Shown: positions 51,386-63,318, counted from the whole stretch's first letter. The stretch: DNA of 63,318 bases, filler included, from Octopus bimaculoides (GCF_001194135.2; 4 parts of 4 records of this genome joined end to end with filler, not necessarily neighbours in it), one strand, 5' to 3'. A program made the numbers and translations. The notes: a model not told the origin generated them from the sequence alone.

Positions 51386-51973
51386 ATATATATCTATCTA
51401 TACTATAATGGAGAAAACTGCTTATTAATTAGGTATGTAACAATTACTAAAACTACTAAAAGAAAGCAATTATTAAAGGGTTGACCGTCTGGAAATATTT
51501 TTATAAATTCATGTTCTAAGAAATTTCTTATAATTTTGATTTCTCAAGTTTCTTGAATTTTTTCAACTCCAATTTCTCGCAAATTTAAATATTCATTGTA
51601 TTCACTGCGGAATATTCCATTCTCATTTGCAAAGTCTCTCACTTTCTCTTTTAAGTTTTCATTCGCTATTTGGAAAACTGACAGTTTATTCTATTAATGT
51701 ATACGTAATTTATTATTTATTGAATGAACATTTTTAAAATACCCGTATAATTTTTGAACGCGGAATAGCTGTGAGAAGAGCCTAGAAAGTTGGGTAATTA
51801 CTATTAGAAGACGAGGAGAAAAAATATAAGTACTCGAAACTTGCACCTTATTCGCAGTTTCCAAACACTCTGTACCACTAAGCCAATATATACACAAACA
51901 AGTTGCACGAGCGACTTCAGCAGTGACACGCTCGTGCACACACATAGATACACATACGCACAAATGAAAGGCA

Positions 51974-51974
<1 letters not shown>

Positions 51975-52062
<88 letters not shown>
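51975..52062. repeat. (TG)n microsatellite
   Basis: Direct reading. Confidence 0.95.
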
Positions 52063-52068
<6 letters not shown>

Positions 52069-52188
52069 GTTCACTGACAAAACTTCATGCTGCATTACTT
52101 TTGTGAAGTTTTGTCAGTGAACAGGTTGCGGTTTCAAAGCGAAGAAATTATTTCGACACAACTGAAATTTTAATGTTGATGTGAAACT

Positions 52189-52439
52189 GGTACTACTTAA
52201 ATACAGAAGTCCCTTAACGGTACTACTTAAATACAGAGGTACTACTTAAGTACAGGTGTTACGTACAAAACATTTTAAATTTACGCTGTGTGGACGTGTA
52301 ATGACACCCTAACTAATCCTAAAACTAGCCCTAACCTTAACCCTAAAAGCTAACCCTAAAACTAACCCTCCCCTTCATATCGTTATGTAGATGCATCAGA
52401 ACCTCTGTATTTACGTAGTGCCGTGAAACTAACGGTTTC
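52189..52439. mobile_element. Non-autonomous element with asymmetric inverted repeats, internal CCCTAA-like array and 3' hairpin (Helentron/HINE-like)
   Basis: ggtactacttaaatacaga three times (52189-52256); inverted copy cctctgtatttacgtagtgcc at 52402-52422; hairpin gaaac-taacg-gtttc at 52425-52439; degenerate ccctaa units at 52305-52368. Confidence 0.6.
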
Positions 52440-52499
52440 TGTGTGTTCTTAAGTGGTTTACAAACATCTACGCTACAATTGCTTTTGTTACAGCACACG

Positions 52500-52790
52500 A
52501 TCTCAGATCACATCAGAATGTAGTGGTTTGTGTTCCCACCAATAGTTTTTGTGAGGAAGGTTGTATGTGTAACAAATTGACCAGTGTATGTACTGAATTG
52601 CCCAGTCATGCTTTTGCAAGTATTCTATTGGTACCGGTTTTCTGCGTCCAAAGATTATCTAGTCAATTGTCTCTGAGTGGTCTCTGCATATGCAACATGA
52701 TGAGATGCTTTCATATTTCAGGACATTATTCTAGTAACTCCTTGTTGGAGTGTACAAACGTACACGCACGCGCAAGGATAAACTTATGCA
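52500..52790 (-). mobile_element. RLE LINE zinc-knuckle fragment
   Basis: CCICRDHSETID*IIFG..PIEYLQKHDWAIQYIHWSICYTYNLPHKNYWWEHKP. Confidence 0.7.
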
Positions 52791-52900
52791 GTAAGTATAT
52801 ATGTGCAATAAACCAATAAACAGAGATGCAGTAATACAAGCAGTAACATATATTTAATAAATATATGTGCATATATAATAATATTATTAATGAAAATAAT

Positions 52901-52939
<39 letters not shown>

Positions 52940-53147
52940 GTGATATATAGGTGCAGGAATTATATGCTTTAGATATGAACCCACATGTTATAAATTTGTT
53001 TAATTTATATCAAACATCAAAATAATATTACATCTAAGACAAACCTTAAAGCCATAAATAACGAGAAACGCCATTGTTTTCTACTCTTGTCAGTTGATAT
53101 GTGAACTGCTTTAGTTTTACGTTTCTAATTTCCCCAAAACTTTGGGC

Positions 53148-53169
<22 letters not shown>

Positions 53170-53184
<15 letters not shown>

Positions 53185-53185
53185 A

Positions 53186-53280
<95 letters not shown>
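53170..53280. repeat. (AT)n microsatellite
   Basis: Direct reading. Confidence 0.95.
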
Positions 53281-53281
<1 letters not shown>

Positions 53282-53959
53282 GCCTGCAGATTATTGACTG
53301 TTGGCTATTTCTATTTCGTACTATGAAAGCAAGGAAATAACTTAGAACACATTTACAACAATAGTGTTAGTATCAATATTTGGGCTACTTGAGGAAGCAT
53401 TTTCATTGATATAAAACCGCGAAAGCTTCTACAGCAATAGTCACGGCGAATCGATGGAGAAAAAGACAAAGTCTGGACAAAAATAAGAAACAGAAGGAAA
53501 TTTGGAATCTAAAAACAAATGGTTCTGGTCTACGTAAGCAACAATTAATGAAAAGCAGAGTTCTTGGAAAAGTTCACATGCATTGAGGAATAAAAGAAAA
53601 AGTAAATAGTTACAAGAACCACACCTAGCCATTCATTCTTCAAGAAGAACGATGAAAATCTGCAAGAACTTTCTAAAACATTTCCTTGTAATACTATACT
53701 GTTATTATTTAACTAAATTCCATTGAAGGAGTTTTTTTTTAGTAAGAAACCAATAACTTTTGTTTCAGGTGAATATATATATATATATACATACAGAGAG
53801 AGGGGGAGGGAGGGAGAGAGAGAGAGAGAGAGATAAAGAGACATGCATAGGTAAAAACATACAACCTCAGCACCAATTTTGGGCTTCCTTTTTTTTCCTT
53901 CGCCAATATTTACAAATTTCCAAGTATCGAAGTGCATCCATGGGTCAAGACTTCAATAC

Positions 53960-54565
53960 ATGAAGTAAATTGCATGTTGAGAGATGGTTATAAGGCCCTC
54001 AGAAAATGTTCCATACTGATGACCAGAGATACGCAACCCATGGAATTTGCAATGTGTTGCAGCAATAGAACATTAGATGAAAGGTTGTACTCATATCAGC
54101 AAGTTTTGCATTGCTATGCTGTTAGAAATCTTCAGAACGGCAATACCCAAAGTAGCCTATATTGGATCAATAATCGATATATTAGCTCTTAGTTAGTTCA
54201 CAGGAACAAGAAATAACAATAAAACACCTGATGCACAAAAGGATAGCGATGCAGATAAAAAAAATTGGAAGTGATAATTAATGTAGACAGTGGGATTAAT
54301 CACTGAAGACGTAGTCCACATCTTAAGCAACTGTCAGAAAATATCATCATGGGGTGGCCAATCTATCAGACATGAATGCCATGGCCGAGACACTACACAA
54401 TGCTATCCAAAGAAAGGTGAGCCTTGAAGATCAAAATATAAGAAGTTATATTTAGCAGTAGAAAACATTCATTTTGATATGAAGGAAGACTGATGGAATG
54501 TTCCTATCAAAATTTCTGTAAAACGTAAACATAACAAACCAGATGTAATGGTTTACGACAGGTGA
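53960..54565 (+). mobile_element. Degenerate RLE LINE fragment (same family as 11190-13050)
   Basis: WNVPIKISVKRKHNKPDVMVYDR, preceded by EDVVHILSNCQK. Confidence 0.7.
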
Positions 54566-54865
54566 CCGCAGAAGTAAGAATTACTGTATTTGCCTGTGTA
54601 TAAGACGTACTCTCGCATAAGATGCACCCTACTTTACAAGCACATTTTGTGGAGAAGAAAACAGCAAATATGATATATTTCATCATATACTCATACATTC
54701 GCTATCCTATACGAATACGTTTGCATTAGACACATGGCAATTATTTGTTACACTTAAGAATTAAATAAGGGCGTCTTCTATGGTAGTTGTCCAGCAGATG
54801 TTAACATATTGTTACAAATAGAACGAAAAGGAATCCTTTTTATACTGAATTAATAAGAAATCTAT

Positions 54866-55068
54866 GAAGGCACATGGCCTAATGGTTAGAATGTTGCACT
54901 CACGATCGAAGGATCATGGTTTCTATATCCTGACTGGTGTATTCTTAGGCGAAACACTTAATTTCACGTTTCACCCAGCCACCCCTCTTTCGATCCGGGA
55001 TGAATGTTGGCCTGCTCGCGTGACCAGCGGGGGATGTATAACAACATCTGATAGCCTGGTCGGTCTCA
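54866..55068 (+). mobile_element. tRNA-derived SINE (family of 37105)
   Basis: aaggcacatggcctaatggttaga...gtgtattcttaggcgaaacacttaatttcac. Confidence 0.7.
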
Positions 55069-55098
55069 CACACGCAAACACACACACACACACATATG

Positions 55099-55145
<47 letters not shown>

Positions 55146-55293
55146 GTGTCTATATATATATGTGTGTGTATATATGTGTGTTTGTGTGTGTATGTATGTG
55201 TGTGTGTGTATGTAATTCAGTTTGGTAATACAGGAAGGAAAGGGGAAAAAATCGTATCGTGAAGACAGCACCACCACCACCAACAACAACAAC

Positions 55294-55358
<65 letters not shown>

Positions 55359-55808
55359 AAGAAGAAGAAGCAGTAGCAGCAATCAGAATTGGCGTTCTAA
55401 CGTTGTCAAGGTTTATAAAAGCAAGAATCTTGCCAACCATTCACTGTAACAAAAACCATTTTACTTATATTCGAATTTGTTGCTGCTCTTTGTTGTTGTT
55501 ATGTCTTTTGTTAGCTTTTGTCTTTTGGTGGTTTGCTTATTTTTTTTATTTATATTAATTATACTTACTGCTTTTAGCGTACATTTGTTACGCTTTGTTT
55601 CATTTATTATTTCTTTTTTTTTTCCTTATTAGATTCTATATTAAGAAAATATAAATAGTTTTTAACCATATTCTCCCTTCTGTAGTATTTTCCTTCGGCT
55701 CTCTTTTGCAAATTTCTTAGTCTATATTTAGAATCTTCATCTTGTTACGATTTGTTTCAATGGCATTTTTCTCATAGCAGCAAAAGGAGACGAAAAAAAG
55801 ATACGCAA

Positions 55809-55863
<55 letters not shown>

Positions 55864-55977
55864 CATTTCTTTTATTAGCCACACAAGGCTCAACAAAGAT
55901 GGGACAAATACAATGTAGAGCTTTTCTTTTTAGGAGGGGGGAGGAAGAGAAAAAAAAAGTAGGGGTGGGTGTCGATC

Positions 55978-56077
55978 NNNNNNNNNNNNNNNNNNNNNNN
56001 NNNNNNNNNNNNNNNNNNNNNTTAATTAATTAANNNNNNNNNNNNNNNNNNNNNNNNNNNNNNNNNNNNNNNNNNNN
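55978..56077. other. Artificial scaffold-joining spacer
   Basis: 44 N + TTAATTAATTAA + 44 N. Confidence 0.95.
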
Positions 56078-56368
56078 TAGAGATAACTCGAATGTGGAAT
56101 CTAAAAACAGAAACAATTCCTATCATAGTAGGTGCCTTAGGTATTATAAACAAATATTCAGACAAATACATAACAAAAACACCAGGACTTACAAATATAT
56201 ATAACATACAGAAAATTGCACTACTGGGTACTGCACACATTCTACGCAAAACACTTTCAATACAGTAAACATAAGAGCACCACAGCAAACCACAGCACAT
56301 ACCCAAGGCGCACAGAGCTGCGCTCGGTAGTGAAGTGAAAGCACGTAATAAAAGTAAAACTACTGAAC

Positions 56369-56417
<49 letters not shown>
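56078..56417 (+). mobile_element. RLE LINE 3' end with 3'UTR and (AAT)n tail
   Basis: ITRMWNLKTETIPIIVGALGIINKYSDKYITKTPGLTNIYNIQKIALLGTAHILRKTLSIQ*, without disruptions in this segment. Confidence 0.85.
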
Positions 56418-57370
56418 GACGCCTCCATTTATTTTTGTGTAAACAGAAGATAAAGACTAAGCGATATTAAGAGTGAAGCTCCTAAACGCGATAAGCGATA
56501 ATTACTTTTGCTTAAATTTTGTTGGATGAATTTCTTGAGTGGCTGTTTTTGTAGGTAGATTGGTGTTTTAATGGGTGGTTGTATGTTGTTACTACGTATT
56601 TGTCTTTTCCATCCTGATTTGAAAGAAGATCGCTTTCATTTCCGAATAGCTGAAAGATGAAAAAATAAATAAATAAATAAATAAATAAAACTAAAAAAAA
56701 ACTGTAGGTCTGGCATCGTTGTCTGTTTTTTTATCTCGTTTCTGAGATATTTCGTGTCTTGATGAGACGAAGCGTTTCAATAACATCTCATTATTCTTCC
56801 GTTACCTACTTGTCGGCGACCAATGTTAACGATTATATCTTTTCTGCCAATATTGCGTCTGACTCCAATGTCACTTACTAAGAACTGAACTTCTTGTCAT
56901 TTCCATGATCAAACTTTCTCCCTTACATTGAAACTTTAAGAGCAATTAACAAAAATCACAGGGTTCTCGATAAGGTTGAAATACTGTGTCTTAAGTTTAG
57001 GTCTTTACTTATGTGAAACTACATATAATTAGGTAAATATTTACCTTGGTTTATCAGTTTTCACTTCAACTTGGACCATAATTTGATCCTTTGACACTGT
57101 TTTTAGAATATATTCTACGACAGTCATTAAAATTTCCATCGAGTTAGTTTATCTACGACACTTTTTTTCTTTTCGATTTTGTGTCTGTTGGTTGTTGTTT
57201 TCGAAAACTTTCTTTGTTTTATTTTATCAAACAAAATATATTTTCGGTAAGTATCTACTTAAAGTGTCTTATGGTTCTTGCTGTCTCACTTAAAGATTTC
57301 TGTATAGTCAGAAAATATTCGAAATCTTAACTAACCGTTTAAGTTTCTTGCAACTGTCCCTTAGGTTTCA

Positions 57371-57424
<54 letters not shown>

Positions 57425-58495
57425 TGAAAGTGTCAGCTGTTCACAACCAGACTAAAGTGACACTTGTTTACTCGTCATGCTTCAAGAACCTTGCGAAGAA
57501 TTCTTGCAGTTCCAAGCAATGCTGATTTTGTAGGTGTTCTACTTTACATTTGTACAAATCTTTTTGAGCCTGCTACTACTGGCACCACGTCTACTCTTCT
57601 CATTGACCACAGCCTTCGTATTTTCCACTTCAAATTGTCATAGTTGTTCAGTTTTTTCTTCTTTCTCTTTGATGCTGTTGTCACCGGGACATGCTATGCC
57701 GATTATCATACATGTTCTTTCTTTTGTTTTTTTTTCTTTTCACCACAACAATGTCCAGTTTCCGATGTCTGATCAGGTGATCGCATTGAATCATTGTATC
57801 CCACAGGATTTTGCAATTTTCATTCTCAGTGATTCCTTCTGGTATTTTCTCATACCACGCCCTTGCTCTTTGTAGGACGTGATTTCCACAGAGCTCCCAA
57901 TGGATCATTCTTGTCACATTGTCATGTCGTCTTTTGTATTCGTGTCGCACCAATTTCGGGCATTCGCTACCGATGTACCATGTCGTTTCCCACCCTCACC
58001 ACACAGTCTTTATTTTCAGGTCACTCCTCCTCATCCATAGCCACCGGTCTTCTGTATCTGTCCTGGCGTTTGTATCCCTTGCAAACTGACCGTACATTTT
58101 TTCCACTTCCATGCTGTTTCTTTTTTTTGTGTTCTTTTACTCTTTAAGTTTTTCTTTCTTTACACAATTACCAGTTTTAATGACGCCGGCCTTCTTCACA
58201 TGTTTCAACAATGGTTCCACGGTATCTTTACATACCGTCCTAAGCTGTTTTCCTCTGCTTTGATACAATCATGGCAACTGATTAAACCTCTCCTGCCCTT
58301 TCTTCTGGACAAGTAGAGCCTTTCAGTGTCTCTCTTAGGATGTCAAAATTTCTTTTGTCTTCGTATCCATGTTCATCAGTTCTTTCTTCTGTCATTTTGT
58401 GATTCCAGCTCCATATCAAGGTGATGTTATCGGCCATGTATTAAGTGCTTGAATTTTATTCCATCTAATCAATTTTGAGCGTAACACCAATATTA
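57425..58495 (-). mobile_element. 5'-truncated RLE LINE between two (TTA)n runs
   Basis: MDTKTRKILT.., zinc-knuckle region SECPKL..YKRRHDNVTRMIHWELC, and KILWDTMIQCDHLIRHRKLDIVVV; (TTA)n at 57372-57423 and 58499-58555. Confidence 0.85.
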
Positions 58496-58496
58496 G

Positions 58497-58555
<59 letters not shown>

Positions 58556-58740
58556 CGAATGAGAGAGCAGTGCATGCCACCAAAGTGACACTGGGGTAAA
58601 ATNNNNNNNNNNTATTATTATTATTATTATTATCGAATGAGAGAGCAGTGCATGCCACCAAAGTGACACTGGGGTAAAATATACGAAGCCCAGTATATCC
58701 ATCATGACTACCCGTCTGATAAGGGCACACTAGGCACCGC
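58556..58740 (-). mobile_element. Fragment of the 3023-3538 family, duplicated across a 10-N gap
   Basis: Shared gagagagcagtgcatgcca..aaagtga sequence. Confidence 0.7.
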
Positions 58741-59249
58741 TCCCGTTAGTTTGTTATTATTTTTATTGTTACAAAGTGTTAGATATTGAATATTTGTTAT
58801 CGTTTGAAAGATAACTAACAAAGACCTTAGGGAGCCAGCCCTTATGGGCTAAATTGGTTTTTTTTTTCGTAAACATGCCTCTCAGCTTTTGTTTAAAAAA
58901 GAAAGATGACGGACGAGGATCGTTCATCCGCTGCAAAGAAGAACCAGTTATGCGCAGAACAGAAGAGCGAAACTGCAAAAATCAGTGACTGCAGTAGCAG
59001 TAGCAACAGCAACAGTGGCGGCGGTGGCATAACAACAGCAACAACAACAACAGCATCAGCAGCAGCAACAACAATAACACACTGCACGGGAAAGTATTAA
59101 ACTAATTTTCCGCTGCTACAATTTAAACACCGCCATCACCATCTCAGGAACAACAAAAGAACAATGATAACACTAGCAAGAAAACTGCCAACCACCACTA
59201 CCACCACCAACAACAACAACAAAAACAACAACAACAACAATACAACGGA

Positions 59250-60110
59250 AACAATGATCGTTCTTGTTTCTAAGCAAAATGGAAACGGTTTCGCACAAGC
59301 GTGTTGTTGACAGGAGATAGCGGATGTGTCTCAAAAAAATGTTAAGTGGCTCCAAATCGCACTTAACAAAGAATGGGAGAACAATATTTCTAAAAAAGCC
59401 AAAGGAAATAAGAAGGTACTAGAAATAAAGACTGATGATGGTAGCCATATTATACAGCATAGAGAATAAAATAACAATTCTCCAAGTGCACAAAGTGGGA
59501 AAGAAAAATTAGTCAGGCACGGTAATGGAATTATGGATACAGACCGATTAAACAGTATCGAAGGCATCCCTGACCTGATGAATCTCCCTAATTGTACATA
59601 GCTATTCTTAGCAGTCTGGGGCAGAAAGCCTAGATGCCACATTTGTGACGAGACAAATAATTTAAATGCTTTCTATGGCATTCAAAGAAAAGGAAAACTC
59701 CCGCTGCTGCATACATCTCTAACACAACAACATCAGTATCAAATGCAACAGAAGTAGAACTACCAACAACATCAGTGCTAAGAGTAGCAGCATCCGAAAC
59801 AATAACATAATCAACAGAAGGAGCAGCAGGAAAGATCCATTCAGCAACATCAACAACAAGCATAAGTACCACACCCGAGAACAACATAACATTGCCCACA
59901 GCAACGCAATCAACAGAAAACACACCCATACCAGTCGACCAAACCACCAGGTTAGAAATGCATGACTGTGCAGACATCCCTCTCGCCATTACCACAGATT
60001 TCTCCGACTGTAGCAACTCGTCTAGCCGAAGAAAAAAAACAATCTGGAAAAACCACTAGAATCTTGGTGAAAAGAAAAAGAAAAGTCCTGCATAAGACTG
60101 TAAACGAAGA
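59250..60110 (+). mobile_element. Degenerate non-LTR ORF1 (gag-like with CCHC-knuckle remnant)
   Basis: One frame with isolated stops: VKWLQIALNKEW..VLEIKTDDG..IEGIPDLMNLPNCT*LFLAVWGRKPRCHICDETN, then a Q/T-rich tract. Confidence 0.5.
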
Positions 60111-60139
60111 GATTAGAAGAGACACAGAAGCTATTAAAC

Positions 60140-60200
<61 letters not shown>

Positions 60201-61677
60201 NNNNNNNNNNNNNNNNNNNNNNNNNNNNNNNNNNNNNNNNNNNNNNNNNNNNNNNNNNNNNNNNNNNNNNNNNNNNNNNNNNNNNNNNNNNNNNNNNNNN
60301 NNNNNNNNNNNNNNNNNNNNNNNNNNNNNNNNNNNNNNNNNNNNNNNNNNNNNNNNNNNNNNNNNNNNNNNNNNNNNNNNNNNNNNNNNNNNNNNNNNNN
60401 NNNNNNNNNNNNNNNNNNNNNNNNNNNNNNNNNNNNNNNNNNNNNNNNNNNNNNNNNNNNNNNNNNNNNNNNNNNNNNNNNNNNNNNNNNNNNNNNNNNN
60501 NNNNNNNNNNNNNNNNNNNNNNNNNNNNNNNNNNNNNNNNNNNNNNNNNNNNNNNNNNNNNNNNNNNNNNNNNNNNNNNNNNNNNNNNNNNNNNNNNNNN
60601 NNNNNNNNNNNNNNNNNNNNNNNNNNNNNNNNNNNNNNNNNNNNNNNNNNNNNNNNNNNNNNNNNNNNNNNNNNNNNNNNNNNNNNNNNNNNNNNNNNNN
60701 NNNNNNNNNNNNNNNNNNNNNNNNNNNNNNNNNNNNNNNNNNNNNNNNNNNNNNNNNNNNNNNNNNNNNNNNNNNNNNNNNNNNNNNNNNNNNNNNNNNN
60801 NNNNNNNNNNNNNNNNNNNNNNNNNNNNNNNNNNNNNNNNNNNNNNNNNNNNNNNNNNNNNNNNNNNNNNNNNNNNNNNNNNNNNNNNNNNNNNNNNNNN
60901 NNNNNNNNNNNNNNNNNNNNNNNNNNNNNNNNNNNNNNNNNNNNNNNNATATATATATATATATAAATATATATTTATATATGTAACATATGTACATACA
61001 CATATGTGTATGTATATGTAACAGTGTGTATGTGTGTGTGCGTGTGTATGTGTGTGTTTATTTGTGTACATAAGTGCAAAAGCATATTAAAGTTGCTATA
61101 GAACTCATTTCTACAAATGTATGTATGGTTTTTGTAGTAATCATAAGAATAACATTACACTGCATTACACACACACACACTCACACCAAAGCGCGCGCGC
61201 GCCCATGCGCATTGTCAATTCCCAAGCCATAAATTACTGTAAGATGTTACGGAATTTTCCGTCAGCCAATTAATCAGCAAATAAGACAGATATTTCTGTG
61301 AGTGCGTTTTCGCGCGCTTATGTGTATGAGTGAACACATAAGCAGGCACAAGCACACATATTCATGCATACTCACATATTTATGCATATGCATGTATTCA
61401 TGTATATGTGTGTGTGTGTGTATGTGTGTGTGTGTGCGTGTGCGTGTGCGTGTGTATATATATGTTTGTGTATGTATGCATGTGTGTATAGATAGCATAT
61501 ATGTATATGTATGTGTGTTTATATTACACACATATGTAATGATTACGCACACGCACGCACATTCACATACAGGGAAGACAATAATAAAAAAGACCTTAAT
61601 GCTACAGTTTGCTTCATGTTGCCTTCTTTCTCTTCCTTTCTCTGTCCTCAATATTCTTCATACATACATACATACAT

Positions 61678-61711
<34 letters not shown>

Positions 61712-61837
61712 TGACATACAGACAAACATACATATACAGACACATACCTATACACATATATATATACACACACATGCATACATATATACAGGTATATATG
61801 TAATATATAAATTATATATTTATATATATATATATAT

Positions 61838-61937
61838 NNNNNNNNNNNNNNNNNNNNNNNNNNNNNNNNNNNNNNNNNNNNTTAATTAATTAANNNNNNN
61901 NNNNNNNNNNNNNNNNNNNNNNNNNNNNNNNNNNNNN
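61838..61937. other. Artificial scaffold-joining spacer
   Basis: 44 N + TTAATTAATTAA + 44 N. Confidence 0.95.
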
Positions 61938-62404
61938 CTTTCAGGCCATTTAACATTTGGGAGGTTAAAGTCGCCTAGGAAAAGTATATTGATGTGTTGG
62001 TCCAGATTTGTCAAGACCTCTTCTATGCGTCTGAGGCTGTCCTCAAATTTACCCTCCTGCTTTGCGGTATTTGGTGGATGGTATGTTGAGCATACAACTA
62101 CATCAATCTGTTTTATGTGTACTATTAAAGTATCACAGATAGAGTTTGAGTGTGATAGGAGTAGTAGGGGTGTGACATCTTCTCAGATGTACATTGCAAC
62201 TCCCCCATGACTTCTATCCCTCCTGTCTGTTTGGAGCACGGCATACTCTGGTATGTTTATCTCCGCATCTGCTATATTACGTGTTAGATGCGTTTCATTA
62301 AGCACCATGCATATTACTTGATTGCATGTAACTAGGTCTTTCAACTATAAAAACTTGTCTTTGCCGCCTGTTCGTAATAGGCCCTGGATATTCAGTAGGA
62401 ACAT
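61938..62404 (-). pseudogene. LINE ORF2 N-terminus: APE endonuclease, CR1/Jockey group, two nonsense codons
   Basis: MFLLNIQGL..VLNETHL..DAEINIPEYAVLQTDRRDRSHGGVAMYI..YHPP..LFLGDFNLPNVKW; in-frame TAG at 62345-62347 and TGA at 62183-62185. Confidence 0.9.
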
Positions 62405-63186
62405 GGGTGTGATATCTGTGCAGGGGTTCCTGGTGTTAGCGGTGGCCATCCCTGATCCACCATCTGTGGTGGTCTTGGATAATGGTTCATGTGGTGTTGA
62501 CTCTGCACCCTCTGCATCCACGTTAACTGATGTACCATTTTCTGGGCCATGCTTAAAAAAGCTTGCTGGTCAGCTGCTGCAGTTCGTACAGCCTCTGCAT
62601 ACAACCTTTTGCTGGAAGCAGAAGGAATATACGGACTTCTCTCTTTGTGAGTCCTGTTGGTATTCGGTGGATTATGTGTTTGTAGGGTTAAGCTTTCTGG
62701 TCTCCCTTTTCTGCACTCCCACTTATTTTGTTTTAAGTGGTTATCTACCTTGTTTAGCTGGTGGTGTTTGTGGTGGGCAAATTTGCAGTTTCGCCCCTTT
62801 TCCCCGTGCCAGCAGGTACCATTTAGGTAGAATTTACAGATCTGTTTCTTTTTCTCTGTATGACGTGCTTGGGCTTGAAGCCTGTTTGTGTTTGTGTTCA
62901 CCGTCTTCTTGTCTGCTCTCCTGTCTCTGTCGCTTGGTGTGGTGCTGCGTTGGCTGTATTCACCATGGCCATTGCAGCCCTCAACAGTGGCTGTGGCTAC
63001 AGCACTGGTGGCATTTGCCTTGTCTCTGTGGTCCGTTTGGTCCTCTTGAGCCTGAGCACAGTGTGCAGGGTCTTCACTGTCCTTTTTTGTGTCCGTGTCT
63101 CTCATAATGCCTTCTAGGTCAAGGTGCGGTTTCACGAGCTCGTAGGAGCGAATGAGCTCCAGTTTCTTTCGATCAATTTGAGCCAT
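62392..63186 (-). CDS. LINE ORF1 with a CCCH zinc finger (frame stays open to the window end)
   Basis: CKFYLNGTCWHGEKGRNCKFAH; it overlaps the ORF2 ATG by 13 nt. Confidence 0.75.
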   Translation of the reverse strand: MAQIDRKKLELIRSYELVKPHLDLEGIMRDTDTKKDSEDPAHCAQAQEDQTDHRDKANATSAVATATVEGCNGHGEYSQRSTTPSDRDRRADKKTVNTNTNRLQAQARHTEKKKQICKFYLNGTCWHGEKGRNCKFAHHKHHQLNKVDNHLKQNKWECRKGRPESLTLQTHNPPNTNRTHKERSPYIPSASSKRLYAEAVRTAAADQQAFLSMAQKMVHQLTWMQRVQSQHHMNHYPRPPQMVDQGWPPLTPGTPAQISHPCSY

Positions 63187-63202
63187 TGACCTGTGGAAAT
63201 TG

Positions 63203-63318
63203 TACCTATCCAGGCTTTCGGCTATTAGATCATTTGCTGGTGATCTTTTGGCCAGGTTCCATGCGTGTACAAGAAGATCACCAGCAAATGATCTAATAGC
63301 CGAAAGCCTGGATAGGTA
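63203..63318. repeat. Perfect 45-bp inverted repeat at the window end
   Basis: 63203-63247 is the exact reverse complement of 63274-63318, with a 26-nt spacer. Confidence 0.95.

Noticed and set aside
56430-57360. Possible Penelope RT-linker remnant (YVVTTYNHPLKH)
   Set aside because: A single weak motif with many stops; not enough to call.
2349-61889. Most ORFs in the six-frame track (poly-HT, YI, LS, N, L and X-rich)
   Set aside because: They are translations of microsatellites or N gaps, with no domain content.
1-63318. CRISPR arrays, rRNA or true tRNA genes
   Set aside because: No repeat-spacer arrays or rRNA are visible, and all tRNA-like segments are SINE heads lacking a full cloverleaf and continuing into SINE cores.

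Overview
AT-rich, microsatellite-dense animal genomic DNA. The SINE, LINE and mariner content is most consistent with a cephalopod, probably Octopus (inference). The window is not one contiguous locus: three identical 100-bp spacers (44 N + TTAATTAATTAA + 44 N) join four separate scaffolds (1-24787, 24888-55977, 56078-61837, 61938-63318). I could not identify any host protein-coding gene with confidence, and nearly all ORFs in the track are microsatellite or N-gap artefacts. What can be supported: many tRNA-derived SINEs; about ten fragments of restriction-like-endonuclease (R4/Dong-type) LINEs, many of them sitting in (AAT)n runs; a near-full-length mariner plus mariner relics and MITEs; a CR1-group LINE with an open CCCH-finger ORF1 and a stop-interrupted APE domain; a solo LTR with a perfect 5-bp target-site duplication; and a CpG-retaining region with promoter motifs at about 19 kb. 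The most unusual signals are (1) two head-to-head pairs of degenerate minimal hammerhead-ribozyme motifs of the Penelope type, (2) a family of elements starting GGTACTACT(T)AAA that carry internal telomere-like CCCTAA/TTAGGG arrays, and (3) a chain of retroposons separated by AAT runs. All translations and alignments were done by eye, and boundaries of degenerate elements are approximate.
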